This document shows, one piece after another, positions 9,363 to 17,084 of a stretch of DNA of 64,000 nucleotides. Made by a program: the position numbers and the translations under genes. Within the stretch, counting starts at the first letter, position 1. Each line of letters begins with the position of its first letter. This DNA is from an uncultured Clostridiaceae bacterium (GTDB lineage Bacteria > Bacillota > Clostridia > TANB77 > CAG-508). The notes beneath the pieces were generated by a model that was given only the letters and a program-made list of their open reading frames with translations, was not told where the DNA came from and did no database searches. The DNA lies in the NCBI GenBank assembly GCA_947577025.1, contig CANPTO010000005.1, positions 31,048-95,047 on the forward strand, given 5' to 3'.

Positions 9363-10599
9363 TATCCACCTCCAATAAGGTAGATATTAAGTCTGGTTCA
9401 GGTATTGCTCCAAATTCACCTTTAATATATTTTTCTTGTATATTTGATGTATCTCTTACTCCATTTTCTGCATAACTAAATTCTTTTAGTGAATATAAAT
9501 CTGTTCCATTTTCATCTTTGTCTGTAAACCATATTTGCTCTTTTCTAAACATTCTTTTACAATCTAATAAACTTATATCATGAAGAGTAGCTATTAATTG
9601 TGCATTTTTATTTATTTCATTATTAAACATACTAATTATTGCTCTTGTAATTTTAAAATGCAAACTACTATCTAATTCATCAATTACTAATGTTTTGCCT
9701 TGTTCAATTGCTTCTATTACATAACTTGCAAGAGCTGCTAATTTTCTTGTTCCTAATGAATCAAATATAATGCTTGGTACTGCTTGCCCTTTATAAACTG
9801 ATACTATTTTGATTTGATCCATAAAGTTTTGGTTTTTTAGGATTTTCTCATCTACAACTTTTCCATCTATCTCTACATTTAAGTCTTCAATATACATATA
9901 ATCTTCCAAATACAAATCGGCATTTTTAATAAACTCAACGACTTTTTTTGTTTCATCATCTTTATTTTTTAACATTTGTATTGTTTTTGAATTTGGTATT
10001 TTATTCATATCTACTATTTCAATACTATTTGCTATACCTGTTAATATGGTTTTTATTTTCTCTAGTATTGGGAATTTTTCAATTTGTACTGTATATATTA
10101 AAATATTGTTATTAGAAGCTATATTTAATACTTTTGCTAATTCTTCATCTTGTGGACATTCATATTTTTCATTAATTGTATCTTTTAAAAATATTAGTTC
10201 TTCTTTTTCATTATTATATTGGTCTTTAACTATCTCACACATTTTTTCATATATATACATCATTTTTTTATCATCAAATTTATATTCATATAAATACTCT
10301 TTGTTATCATATATAAATGAAATAGCTTCTTCGCAAATGTTACTGTCTGTAAATATATTTGAATCTAAGTGAATTTCCTTATTTAGTAAAGTTCCTTTAA
10401 TTGCTTTAATACAGTTTATTAAAGTAGTTTTTCCTGTATTGTTTGGACCATAAATAGCTGCGGATTTTAATATATTTAGGTTATCATTTATATTAGTTAC
10501 ATTTGATGAAAACTTTTTTGTTCTCATATCTGCTTTTAAACTCATTTCTATAGCATTATTAAAAGCAAAACAATTATTAAATTTTAAACTTGTTATCAT
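9349..10599 (-). CDS. AAA_21/ABC-type ATPase, AbiLi/PARIS-AriA-like
   Basis: 416-aa ORF. Walker A IYGPNNTGKTTL, Walker B LVIDELDSSLH, and C-terminal QLIATLHD...QIWFTDKD typical of AAA_15/21 ATPases. Confidence 0.8.
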   Translation of the reverse strand: MITSLKFNNCFAFNNAIEMSLKADMRTKKFSSNVTNINDNLNILKSAAIYGPNNTGKTTLINCIKAIKGTLLNKEIHLDSNIFTDSNICEEAISFIYDNKEYLYEYKFDDKKMMYIYEKMCEIVKDQYNNEKEELIFLKDTINEKYECPQDEELAKVLNIASNNNILIYTVQIEKFPILEKIKTILTGIANSIEIVDMNKIPNSKTIQMLKNKDDETKKVVEFIKNADLYLEDYMYIEDLNVEIDGKVVDEKILKNQNFMDQIKIVSVYKGQAVPSIIFDSLGTRKLAALASYVIEAIEQGKTLVIDELDSSLHFKITRAIISMFNNEINKNAQLIATLHDISLLDCKRMFRKEQIWFTDKDENGTDLYSLKEFSYAENGVRDTSNIQEKYIKGEFGAIPEPDLISTLLEVDNEEI

Positions 10600-10725
10600 A
10601 ATAAAACCTCCAATTTATTATTAGTATATCATATTTTTATTTTTTATGCAATAATAACGCATAAAAAATATTGTTTATTATATAATATGCCCACTTTCAA
10701 TTTAAATACACTAATATCTAAAAAA

Positions 10726-10956
10726 TTGCCGTTTTAATTCGTAAATTTTATTCGATTTACGAACTATAACGGCAAAATATTAAAAATACTTACTCTTAAA
10801 TTTTATATCAAGTATTTATATTTACTTGTCGGAAACCTTCGTAAATACCAAATAATTTACGAAAGTTTCCGACATATTTAATTCCCATATTACGAAAATT
10901 AGCAATTTTTCGTAATAAAGATTTTTATATTACGAATTTTTCGCTTTTTTCGTAAT
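10726..10956. repeat. Cluster of four hairpins, each built on a TTCGTAA / TTACGAA core
   Basis: Four inverted repeats (IR). IR1 10726-10775: TTGCCGTTTTAATTCGTAAAT / ATTTACGAACTATAACGGCAA. IR2 10828-10873: GTCGGAAACCTTCGTAAAT / ATTTACGAAAGTTTCCGAC. IR3 10889-10916. IR4 10929-10956. Confidence 0.8.
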
Positions 10957-10963
10957 ATAACTT

Positions 10964-11512
10964 TTATAAGTAACTTACTATATCTTCAAATGTGTCATAT
11001 CCACTTTCACTATTAATATGTCCTGCATTTGGTATTAAAATTTGTTCTGTAGAAATTTTATCTGCAAAATCTTTTTCTATTTCATATTTTACATATGGGT
11101 CGTTGTCTGAATAAAAACAAATAATTTCATTCGCATATTGTTTTACATCTTCTAAATTATCAAAATACATTGATTTATTTACTTTATCATATTCTTCATT
11201 TATTCCTAAATAATTATTAAATCCACATACAAATATTAGCTTTTTTACTTTATTTTCAGTTAAAAACTTTGATATAAACACTGGTGCAATACTATGTGCT
11301 ATTATTGTTGTGTTTTCATTTATTAAGCCTAAATCTAAATAGTATTTAAGTAGTTTACTCCAATTTTCATAATTTTGATACCCTACTCCTATTGGAAATA
11401 GTGGTACATATACTTGTTTTCCATCTGTTGATATAAGATCTTGTAACCAACTAAACCAATTTCCAAATGGACTTCAAAAACTTCCATGTATTATAAAATA
11501 ATTTTCTTGCAT
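10964..11512 (-). pseudogene. YdeN/RBBP9-like serine hydrolase interrupted by one in-frame TGA
   Basis: A single 183-codon frame MQENYFIIHGSF*SPFGNWFSWL...IAHSIAPVF...NAGHINSESGY with TGA at 11476-11474. Only the C-terminal 105 aa appear in the ORF track. Confidence 0.7.
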
Positions 11513-11514
11513 TT

Positions 11515-11982
11515 TTAACACTCCTTATTTATTATATTTTCTTTCTTTGCTAATTTTACTGCATCTTCTATTTGTTCTTTTCCAACATCTCCCCAATTTA
11601 ATAAGTTAATGGTTTCTTTAGGAGTTTTGAAAACTCTTTCATACAGTTTTCCATTATCTAAATCAGCCCTATTTTCAAATATTTTATCAATTTGAGCAAT
11701 CATTCTTACTTGTGCATATGGTTTAACTCTGTTATCTTCTACTAATTGATAACCTAACAGATGAATATTTTTTAATGTTATATTTGCCTCTTCTATAAAT
11801 TCTCTTTTTAATGTATCTTCTATGGATTTATCTTCCAATTCTGGTTTTCCACCTGTTAGTTTATATAATCCATCATCTATTCTTAAAAATATATTTCCAT
11901 CTTCATTAAATACAATTCCATAAACTTGTTTTATTTCTATATCTTTTGGAACTATTCCTTTACACCATTTATAACTAATCAT
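11515..11982 (-). CDS. NUDIX hydrolase
   Basis: 155-aa ORF with Nudix box GGKPELEDKSIEDTLKREFIEEANI. Confidence 0.85.
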   Translation of the reverse strand: MISYKWCKGIVPKDIEIKQVYGIVFNEDGNIFLRIDDGLYKLTGGKPELEDKSIEDTLKREFIEEANITLKNIHLLGYQLVEDNRVKPYAQVRMIAQIDKIFENRADLDNGKLYERVFKTPKETINLLNWGDVGKEQIEDAVKLAKKENIINKEC

Positions 11983-11994
11983 ATTTTTCTACCT

Positions 11995-12588
11995 TTATTT
12001 CAAAATTTCCTTTATATCTTCAATATTATTGAATAATATTCCCTTTAACCCAATATCATTAGCACTTATTATATTTCTTTTAGTATCATCTATTAAAATT
12101 GATTTTTCTATATCTAATTTATATTTTTCAATTAACTTTTTATATATTTTAACATTAGGCTTACTTATATTTTCAAAACAAGAAAATACTCCTCCATCTG
12201 CTACTTGTATTATTTCAAAACTATCCTTAATGTAGTTATAAGTATCTTTTGTTATATTTGAACATAAATATATTTTATATCGCTTTTGTTTTAAACTTTT
12301 ATAGTATTCTATCATTTCTTGTTTTGGCGGTAACATATATTTTAAATTTTCTTTGCTAAGTATCTGTTCTATTTCACTTTTATATTTTTGATTTTCCTTA
12401 ACTAAATATTCTATTAATTCACTATTAGTTATAAACCCATTTAAGCAATCTTTCCATTTCTGATTATGAAAAATTATATCGTTTAATTCTTTTCTTTTAC
12501 TATCTTCTATATTTAGTTTGTCTAAATACGTTTTTGGATTGTAGTCAAGCAACACTCCACCTATATCAAATATTATATTTCTTATCAT
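11995..12588 (-). CDS. HAD-superfamily hydrolase (subfamily IA-like)
   Basis: 197-aa ORF. Motif I IIFDIGGVLL, C-terminal ILIDDTKRNI motif. Confidence 0.8.
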   Translation of the reverse strand: MIRNIIFDIGGVLLDYNPKTYLDKLNIEDSKRKELNDIIFHNQKWKDCLNGFITNSELIEYLVKENQKYKSEIEQILSKENLKYMLPPKQEMIEYYKSLKQKRYKIYLCSNITKDTYNYIKDSFEIIQVADGGVFSCFENISKPNVKIYKKLIEKYKLDIEKSILIDDTKRNIISANDIGLKGILFNNIEDIKEILK

Positions 12589-12831
12589 ATTTACTCTCTT
12601 TCTTAATTTTTAATAATATAGCTATTCGTTATCTTTTAATTTATATTTAACATCTAAAATGTTTTCTTTTTCATCTACGTGAATAAGTATGTTTCTTTTT
12701 TAAAGGGCAAAAAGTAACCTTTTTCTTCTTCTTTAAAATTATCTATTACAATTTTTTGAATATTGTATATATCATTAACATCATTAGTAGTGCATTTCTT
12801 TATTATAATTTTCTTTTCACCTTCCACTCTA

Positions 12832-13977
12832 TTATCCTCTATATCTATTAATAAGCAACTCTCTAAAATATTCAGCTGGATAAATATATTCCTTTTTTCC
12901 ATTTACATTTTTAGTAGTCAAATAATTCCAATTAAAGTCTTTGTTTATTTTTACTGAATTTAATACATTCTTATTTATATATTCATAAAATCTATATCCA
13001 TCATCTGCATATTGAAATTGATTATGATTAAGTGATGCAATAATACTTTTATTGGTTAATTTTTCAAAGGCACAAGTTGGATAATCGGCATATAATTTTT
13101 CTAATAATTTTAACATGTTTTTATCTTTTCTATATAACTCATTTAAATATATTGCAATGCCATTAGCAATCCATTTTATTTCTTCATTTTTTATATCAAA
13201 TAAAAATAATGCTAACTTACTTGCAAAATTTACAGCTTGTATACATTTTCTACCATCAAAATAAAATAATTTCAATCCCCACTCTAATAATTCATCACCC
13301 GATTGCTCTTCAATTACTTTGTTTGCCATTATATTATTGAATGCTGATAATTCATTTGGCATTGGTATATTTAATTCTTTTATTGTTTGTTTTGTTGCAT
13401 ATAATATCATATCTAAACTCCGTTTTTCTTTTACTTTTTCATATATATTTTTCCAACTATCAACTCTATATAAATCTGTTTTATCATTTATATTACCTTT
13501 ACTACTAAATAATATAGTTTCAATTCCTAATTCATTGACTTTTTTACAGTTTGCTATAGAATCATCTATAAACAAATCTATCTGCTCAATTTTACAAATC
13601 TTTGCTTTATCAAAATCACAAATCAATTTATCATAGTGAATATTATTGTTTTTTAATTCTTCAACAGTAGTTTTATATTCATCTGCATATAATGTTTTGT
13701 CCCTTGCTGTAATAACTATTATTTCGTGACCTAAAGCTCTAATTTTATCAATATATTCCGCAACTTTTGGTTTGAACGGTGTGTTTGGAATAACTTTATC
13801 ATAATATTTTCTTGCAAATTCGAGTTCTCGCTCTTTCATCTCTTTTGGCAAATTACTATATGAAATATTTCTATCTTTTAAATATTTTATATCTACATCA
13901 AAAAATTCTGCTATATATGGCATTAAATAGTCAAATGTGTCTGCCATTGTATTGTCTATATCTATTCCTATTTTCAA
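12832..13977 (-). CDS. HAD-like 5'(3')-deoxyribonucleotidase-type domain fused to an uncharacterised C-terminal domain
   Basis: 381-aa ORF. N-terminus KIGIDIDNTMADT...VITAR...LFIDDS (NT5C-like). The C-terminal ~190 aa have no motif I recognise. Confidence 0.6.
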   Translation of the reverse strand: MKIGIDIDNTMADTFDYLMPYIAEFFDVDIKYLKDRNISYSNLPKEMKERELEFARKYYDKVIPNTPFKPKVAEYIDKIRALGHEIIVITARDKTLYADEYKTTVEELKNNNIHYDKLICDFDKAKICKIEQIDLFIDDSIANCKKVNELGIETILFSSKGNINDKTDLYRVDSWKNIYEKVKEKRSLDMILYATKQTIKELNIPMPNELSAFNNIMANKVIEEQSGDELLEWGLKLFYFDGRKCIQAVNFASKLALFLFDIKNEEIKWIANGIAIYLNELYRKDKNMLKLLEKLYADYPTCAFEKLTNKSIIASLNHNQFQYADDGYRFYEYINKNVLNSVKINKDFNWNYLTTKNVNGKKEYIYPAEYFRELLINRYRG

Positions 13978-14002
13978 TTAATTACATTCTCCTTATTTTT
14001 TA

Positions 14003-14437
14003 TTATATTTGTTTTACAAATGCTTTATCTCTATTTTCGTCATATCCTAGTTTTCTATATAATTCATGTGCACATTTTCTATGAAAGCCACTAAATAACC
14101 ATATTCTTGATATATCTTCTTGTTTTGCTATTTCTTCAGCTTTATTCATTAGTTTTGTTGCAATTCCTAATCTTCTATATTCTTCTTTTATTGCTAAATC
14201 CCATATAGTTGCCTCTTTTCCTGATGGCAATGTTAAGATATTTAAAGTTACTGTTCCTACTAAATTATCATTTATATAATAGCCTAATATATGAATATCT
14301 TTATTATTTTGGGATTTTTTATATAAATTTTTCATCTTCTCATAGCTTATATTATTATAAAAAACATTCTTTAATATTTGTTGTAATTGTTCTAAATCTT
14401 TTTCCTCTATATTACTTACTATGTTATCTCTTTTCAT
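14003..14437 (-). CDS. GNAT-family N-acetyltransferase
   Basis: 144-aa ORF. IWDLAIKEEYRRLGIATKLMNKAEEIA plus ...AHELYRKLGY. Confidence 0.85.
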   Translation of the reverse strand: MKRDNIVSNIEEKDLEQLQQILKNVFYNNISYEKMKNLYKKSQNNKDIHILGYYINDNLVGTVTLNILTLPSGKEATIWDLAIKEEYRRLGIATKLMNKAEEIAKQEDISRIWLFSGFHRKCAHELYRKLGYDENRDKAFVKQI

Positions 14438-14506
14438 TTCTTACTCCTACTTTAAATACCTATATTTCTTGCTTACAATTTAATTGATTTATCTTTCTAA
14501 TATATA

Positions 14507-15004
14507 TCAAAAATTAACTGTTACCATTTCTAAATTTTCTATTGCTCTAACTTTTAATCCAAGTATTCTATGAATTGCATATATAACTCCTCCATGTGTA
14601 ACAATTAGAATCTTTTCGTTATTATAATCATTTTTTAACATTTCTAAAAAGTCTAAAATACGATTATCAAATTTTTCAAATGTTTCTCCATTTGGTGGAA
14701 CTGCTTTATTATGCATTAAAAATTGTTTTTCATCAGTATTAGGAGTATTCTCCCAATCACCAAGTCCTCTTTCAATTATTCTTTCATCATAAATTTTATT
14801 TAAATAAGGAACTAAGATTTCAGCAGTTTGCTTTGTTCTTTTTAATGTAGAGCAAAAGCAAATATCAAAATCAGATGGAAAATTTCTTGATTTTTCCTTA
14901 GTATCTTTTAAACCTTTTTTACTCAATTCACAATCAACTTGCCCTTGTAGTAATCTTTTCTCATTATAAACACTTTCTGCATGACGAATTAATGTAATTT
15001 TCAT
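14507..15004 (-). CDS. Histidine phosphatase family protein (phosphoglycerate-mutase-like)
   Basis: 165-aa ORF. N-terminal ITLIRHAESVYN (RHG-type motif) and LIVTHGGVI. Confidence 0.85.
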   Translation of the reverse strand: MKITLIRHAESVYNEKRLLQGQVDCELSKKGLKDTKEKSRNFPSDFDICFCSTLKRTKQTAEILVPYLNKIYDERIIERGLGDWENTPNTDEKQFLMHNKAVPPNGETFEKFDNRILDFLEMLKNDYNNEKILIVTHGGVIYAIHRILGLKVRAIENLEMVTVNF

Positions 15005-15063
15005 AATTATATTGATCCTCCCTAACGTTACTTTATCTTTTTGATTTATAGAAAAACAATTTG

Positions 15064-15462
15064 CTAATCATTTTCAATTATCTCTACTAAAATTCCGTCT
15101 GGATCATTAATAAAGAAATATGATTTTCCTAGTCTCCCTATCTTTATATCTACACTTTCACAAATGCTATTTTGTAATACAAATTCTTTTGCTTGTTCAA
15201 TATTTTGTACTCCTAATGCAAAATGCTTTGTTCCTAGTATTGGCAAATCTGTTACTGTTGCCTTTGCTGTTTCTGGTAAGTCTGTATATTCCTTATAACA
15301 AAATATTTCTAAAACTGTATTATTTAGTTTTAACATATTTATTTTTATACTTTCATCTTCTGCTTTCCAAGATTTAAACTCTTTAAATCCAAACTTTTTA
15401 TAAAATTCTATACTCTTTTCAACATTTGTTACACTTATTGCAACATGATTTATATTAAACAT
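15064..15462 (-). CDS. VOC/glyoxalase-family protein
   Basis: 132-aa ORF. INHVAISVTNVEKSIEFYKK-GF ... HFALGV ... DPDGILVEI pattern. Confidence 0.85.
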   Translation of the reverse strand: MFNINHVAISVTNVEKSIEFYKKFGFKEFKSWKAEDESIKINMLKLNNTVLEIFCYKEYTDLPETAKATVTDLPILGTKHFALGVQNIEQAKEFVLQNSICESVDIKIGRLGKSYFFINDPDGILVEIIEND

Positions 15463-15581
15463 AGTTTCATCATCTCCTATTAATTTTTTCTTTATTTATA
15501 TCACAACTTTACATTTTTTCATAGTGTTTTACCAATATTTGCAAAACATATTTATTCTTACATTTGCTTAATTGCCACAAA

Positions 15582-15655
15582 ATCTCCAATAGAAATAATG
15601 TCAAGAGCGAGTGATAACGAGTTTATTTACTCTTGATATTATTTTTATTGGAGAT
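15582..15655. other. Long imperfect hairpin (26-bp arms) in a 390-nt intergenic region
   Basis: ATCTCCAATAGAAATAATGTCAAGAG ... CTCTTGATATTATTTTTATTGGAGAT. Followed by two TTTTGACCTA(C/T)A direct repeats (about 15706 and 15746). Confidence 0.6.
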
Positions 15656-15979
15656 TAAAATTTTTTCGCAAATGTATGGGGCAAATTTTTCAATATTTTT
15701 GACCTACATAATTTTATAAGTCAAAAAATCCTAAAATTTTGACCTATAAAAAAATAGACATCAGCACATATCTACTGACACCTAATTTTATAAAGATTCT
15801 CTATAACTTATTTTAATAAATTTCCTCTAACACTTGAAATACTTAACATTTCTTTGTATCTACTTACCAGCACAACCTATACCTGTTATGCTTACAGTAG
15901 ATACAATCGTAAATTTTCCAGTATTTCAAACACTTTGCTCAATTTTCTGAGAATAAATTTATGTGTTTCCACTTACCAC

Positions 15980-16135
15980 TTAAGCAATTACTTTAACTTT
16001 CACACCCAAATTTTGATGTTTTTCTTTTCCAAATCTGCCTTTTTCTTCAAAAGCTATAATCTCTGAAACAATATCAAAATCAAGTATTAGCTGTCTTGTT
16101 TTAATTGTAGCACTGCCACGCATTCCACGTGTGTT
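15980..16135 (-). pseudogene. Diverged recombinase 'tail' remnant (proposed right end of island 1)
   Basis: Minus-strand frame NTRGMRGSATIKTRQLILDFDIVSEIIAFEEKGRFGKEKHQNLGVKVKVIA* aligns with the intact tail CGVLLGAISKKLDRIVEFTVFEDFVSFERKGKNKVK. It is out of frame with the 16101-16634 fragment. Confidence 0.6.
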
Positions 16136-16634
16136 GTTTCTCTTTGGTTGCAGTATTATTTGAATGTTGTTTATCGCTCATAGCAGTAAATCTATCTTTG
16201 CAATTTATTTCTGTTCCATTTTTACAAATAAATCTTATTGTATATGGATTTATTGTTCCATCTTCTAATGTTTCTCCTATTACTACTTTATTCATTAAAC
16301 ATTCAAATATATCTTTATCAAATTTCGGCATTATATCTATATTTTTAAATAAACTTTTAAACTTGTTTAATCTTAGTTTAATACTTTCTGTTCTGTTTGT
16401 TTCTTTTAGTAGGTTTTCTATTTTTTGTTCTATTTTAAGTAATTCTACATTTAAGTTATCAAATTTTTCTGTATATTGCTCTTTATTGATTTTTCCTTCT
16501 AAATTTAACTCTAATAGATTAGCAAGTTTCTTGTTTATTTTTTCTTTGTTATTTTCTAATTTACTTACCATTGTTTCTGTAGTATTTTCTTTTAAGATAT
16601 TTTCTATTTCTAATATAATTTTTAATAAGTACAC
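16101..16634 (-). pseudogene. 5'-deleted large serine recombinase (coiled-coil and C-terminal domain only)
   Basis: The 177-aa ORF aligns with residues ~400-570 of the 2940-4829 recombinase: LNKFKSLFKNIDIMPKFDKDIFECLMNKVVIGE vs LNKFKTLFKDNEIMPEFDKDVFELMIEKVIIGE. No catalytic domain upstream. Confidence 0.85.
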
Positions 16635-16801
16635 TAAGTGAACTAATACTTGAATAATCTAAAACTACAAGTTCACTTGGTGTACTAGAAAAATATAACA
16701 AAAGTTCACTAAGTGTACTTGAAAACTTTTTACTTTTTTCATATTCACTTAGTGAACTTTGGTATTAGAATAGCAGGGTTGAGCCAGTTCACTCGGTGAA
16801 T
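16629..16801. promoter_or_regulatory. Second array of GTTCAC-N3-GTG(T/A)AC dyad sites
   Basis: Copies at 16629-16643 (inverted), 16671-16685, 16704-16718, 16744-16757 (TTCAC-TTA-GTGAA) and 16787-16801. Confidence 0.7.
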
Positions 16802-16903
16802 TTCTGCATCATATTTGCTTAAAATTTCTGTTTCTTTATTAACTCTTGAAGGCTTGTCCTTCAATGTGTATATGCGATATGTTAATACCGCTTTCCTGCC
16901 CTC
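16774..16903. repeat. Conserved ~125-nt non-coding block, copy 2
   Basis: Aligns with 5489-5615 with few mismatches. Confidence 0.8.
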
Positions 16904-16997
16904 ATTTCTAATGAGGTATTTTGAGTTTTAATAGTGTTTATGTCTACTTGATTAAATATACCTATCCTTAACTCCTCTTAATTGAAAAACAATGTGC

Positions 16998-17046
16998 TTT
17001 TAAAAATAAGTCAAGGTTGTGCAATAGCACATGCATTTAACCTTGA
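16998..17046 (-). terminator. Terminator after the KAP NTPase gene
   Basis: Stem TCAAGGTT (17011-17018) / AACCTTGA (17039-17046), with a T-run on the minus strand. Confidence 0.5.
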
Positions 17047-17084
17047 GTTATTTTTATAATGCACATTATAATATTGGTAGAGGA

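Larger units (their letters stand above)
3113..16125 (-). mobile_element. Putative integrated serine-recombinase island 1 (recombinase body at the left end, diverged own tail at the right end)
   Basis: Bounded by att-core-like sequences at 3089-3112 and 16108-16131. Contains recombinase, backbone module and defence cargo. Boundaries are inferred, not proven. Confidence 0.5.

Noticed and set aside
12675-12902. 75-aa ORF that looks like the N-terminus of a GNAT (…TTNDVNDIYNIQKIVIDNFKEEEKGYF…).
   Set aside because: It overlaps the 3' end of the 381-aa gene by 71 nt, stops before any acetyl-CoA motif, and has no RBS. It is at best a gene remnant, and I cannot support it as a feature.
16129-16641. 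170-aa plus-strand ORF, and many similar plus-strand ORFs antisense to minus-strand genes (e.g. 836-1060, 4009-4194, 6194-6586, 10046-10372, 13319-13636, 21633-21941, 44330-44521, 58562-58912).
   Set aside because: They lie fully inside better-supported genes on the opposite strand. Their F/L/I/S-rich, low-complexity composition is what the antisense of AT-rich coding DNA produces. None has an RBS or any recognisable motif.
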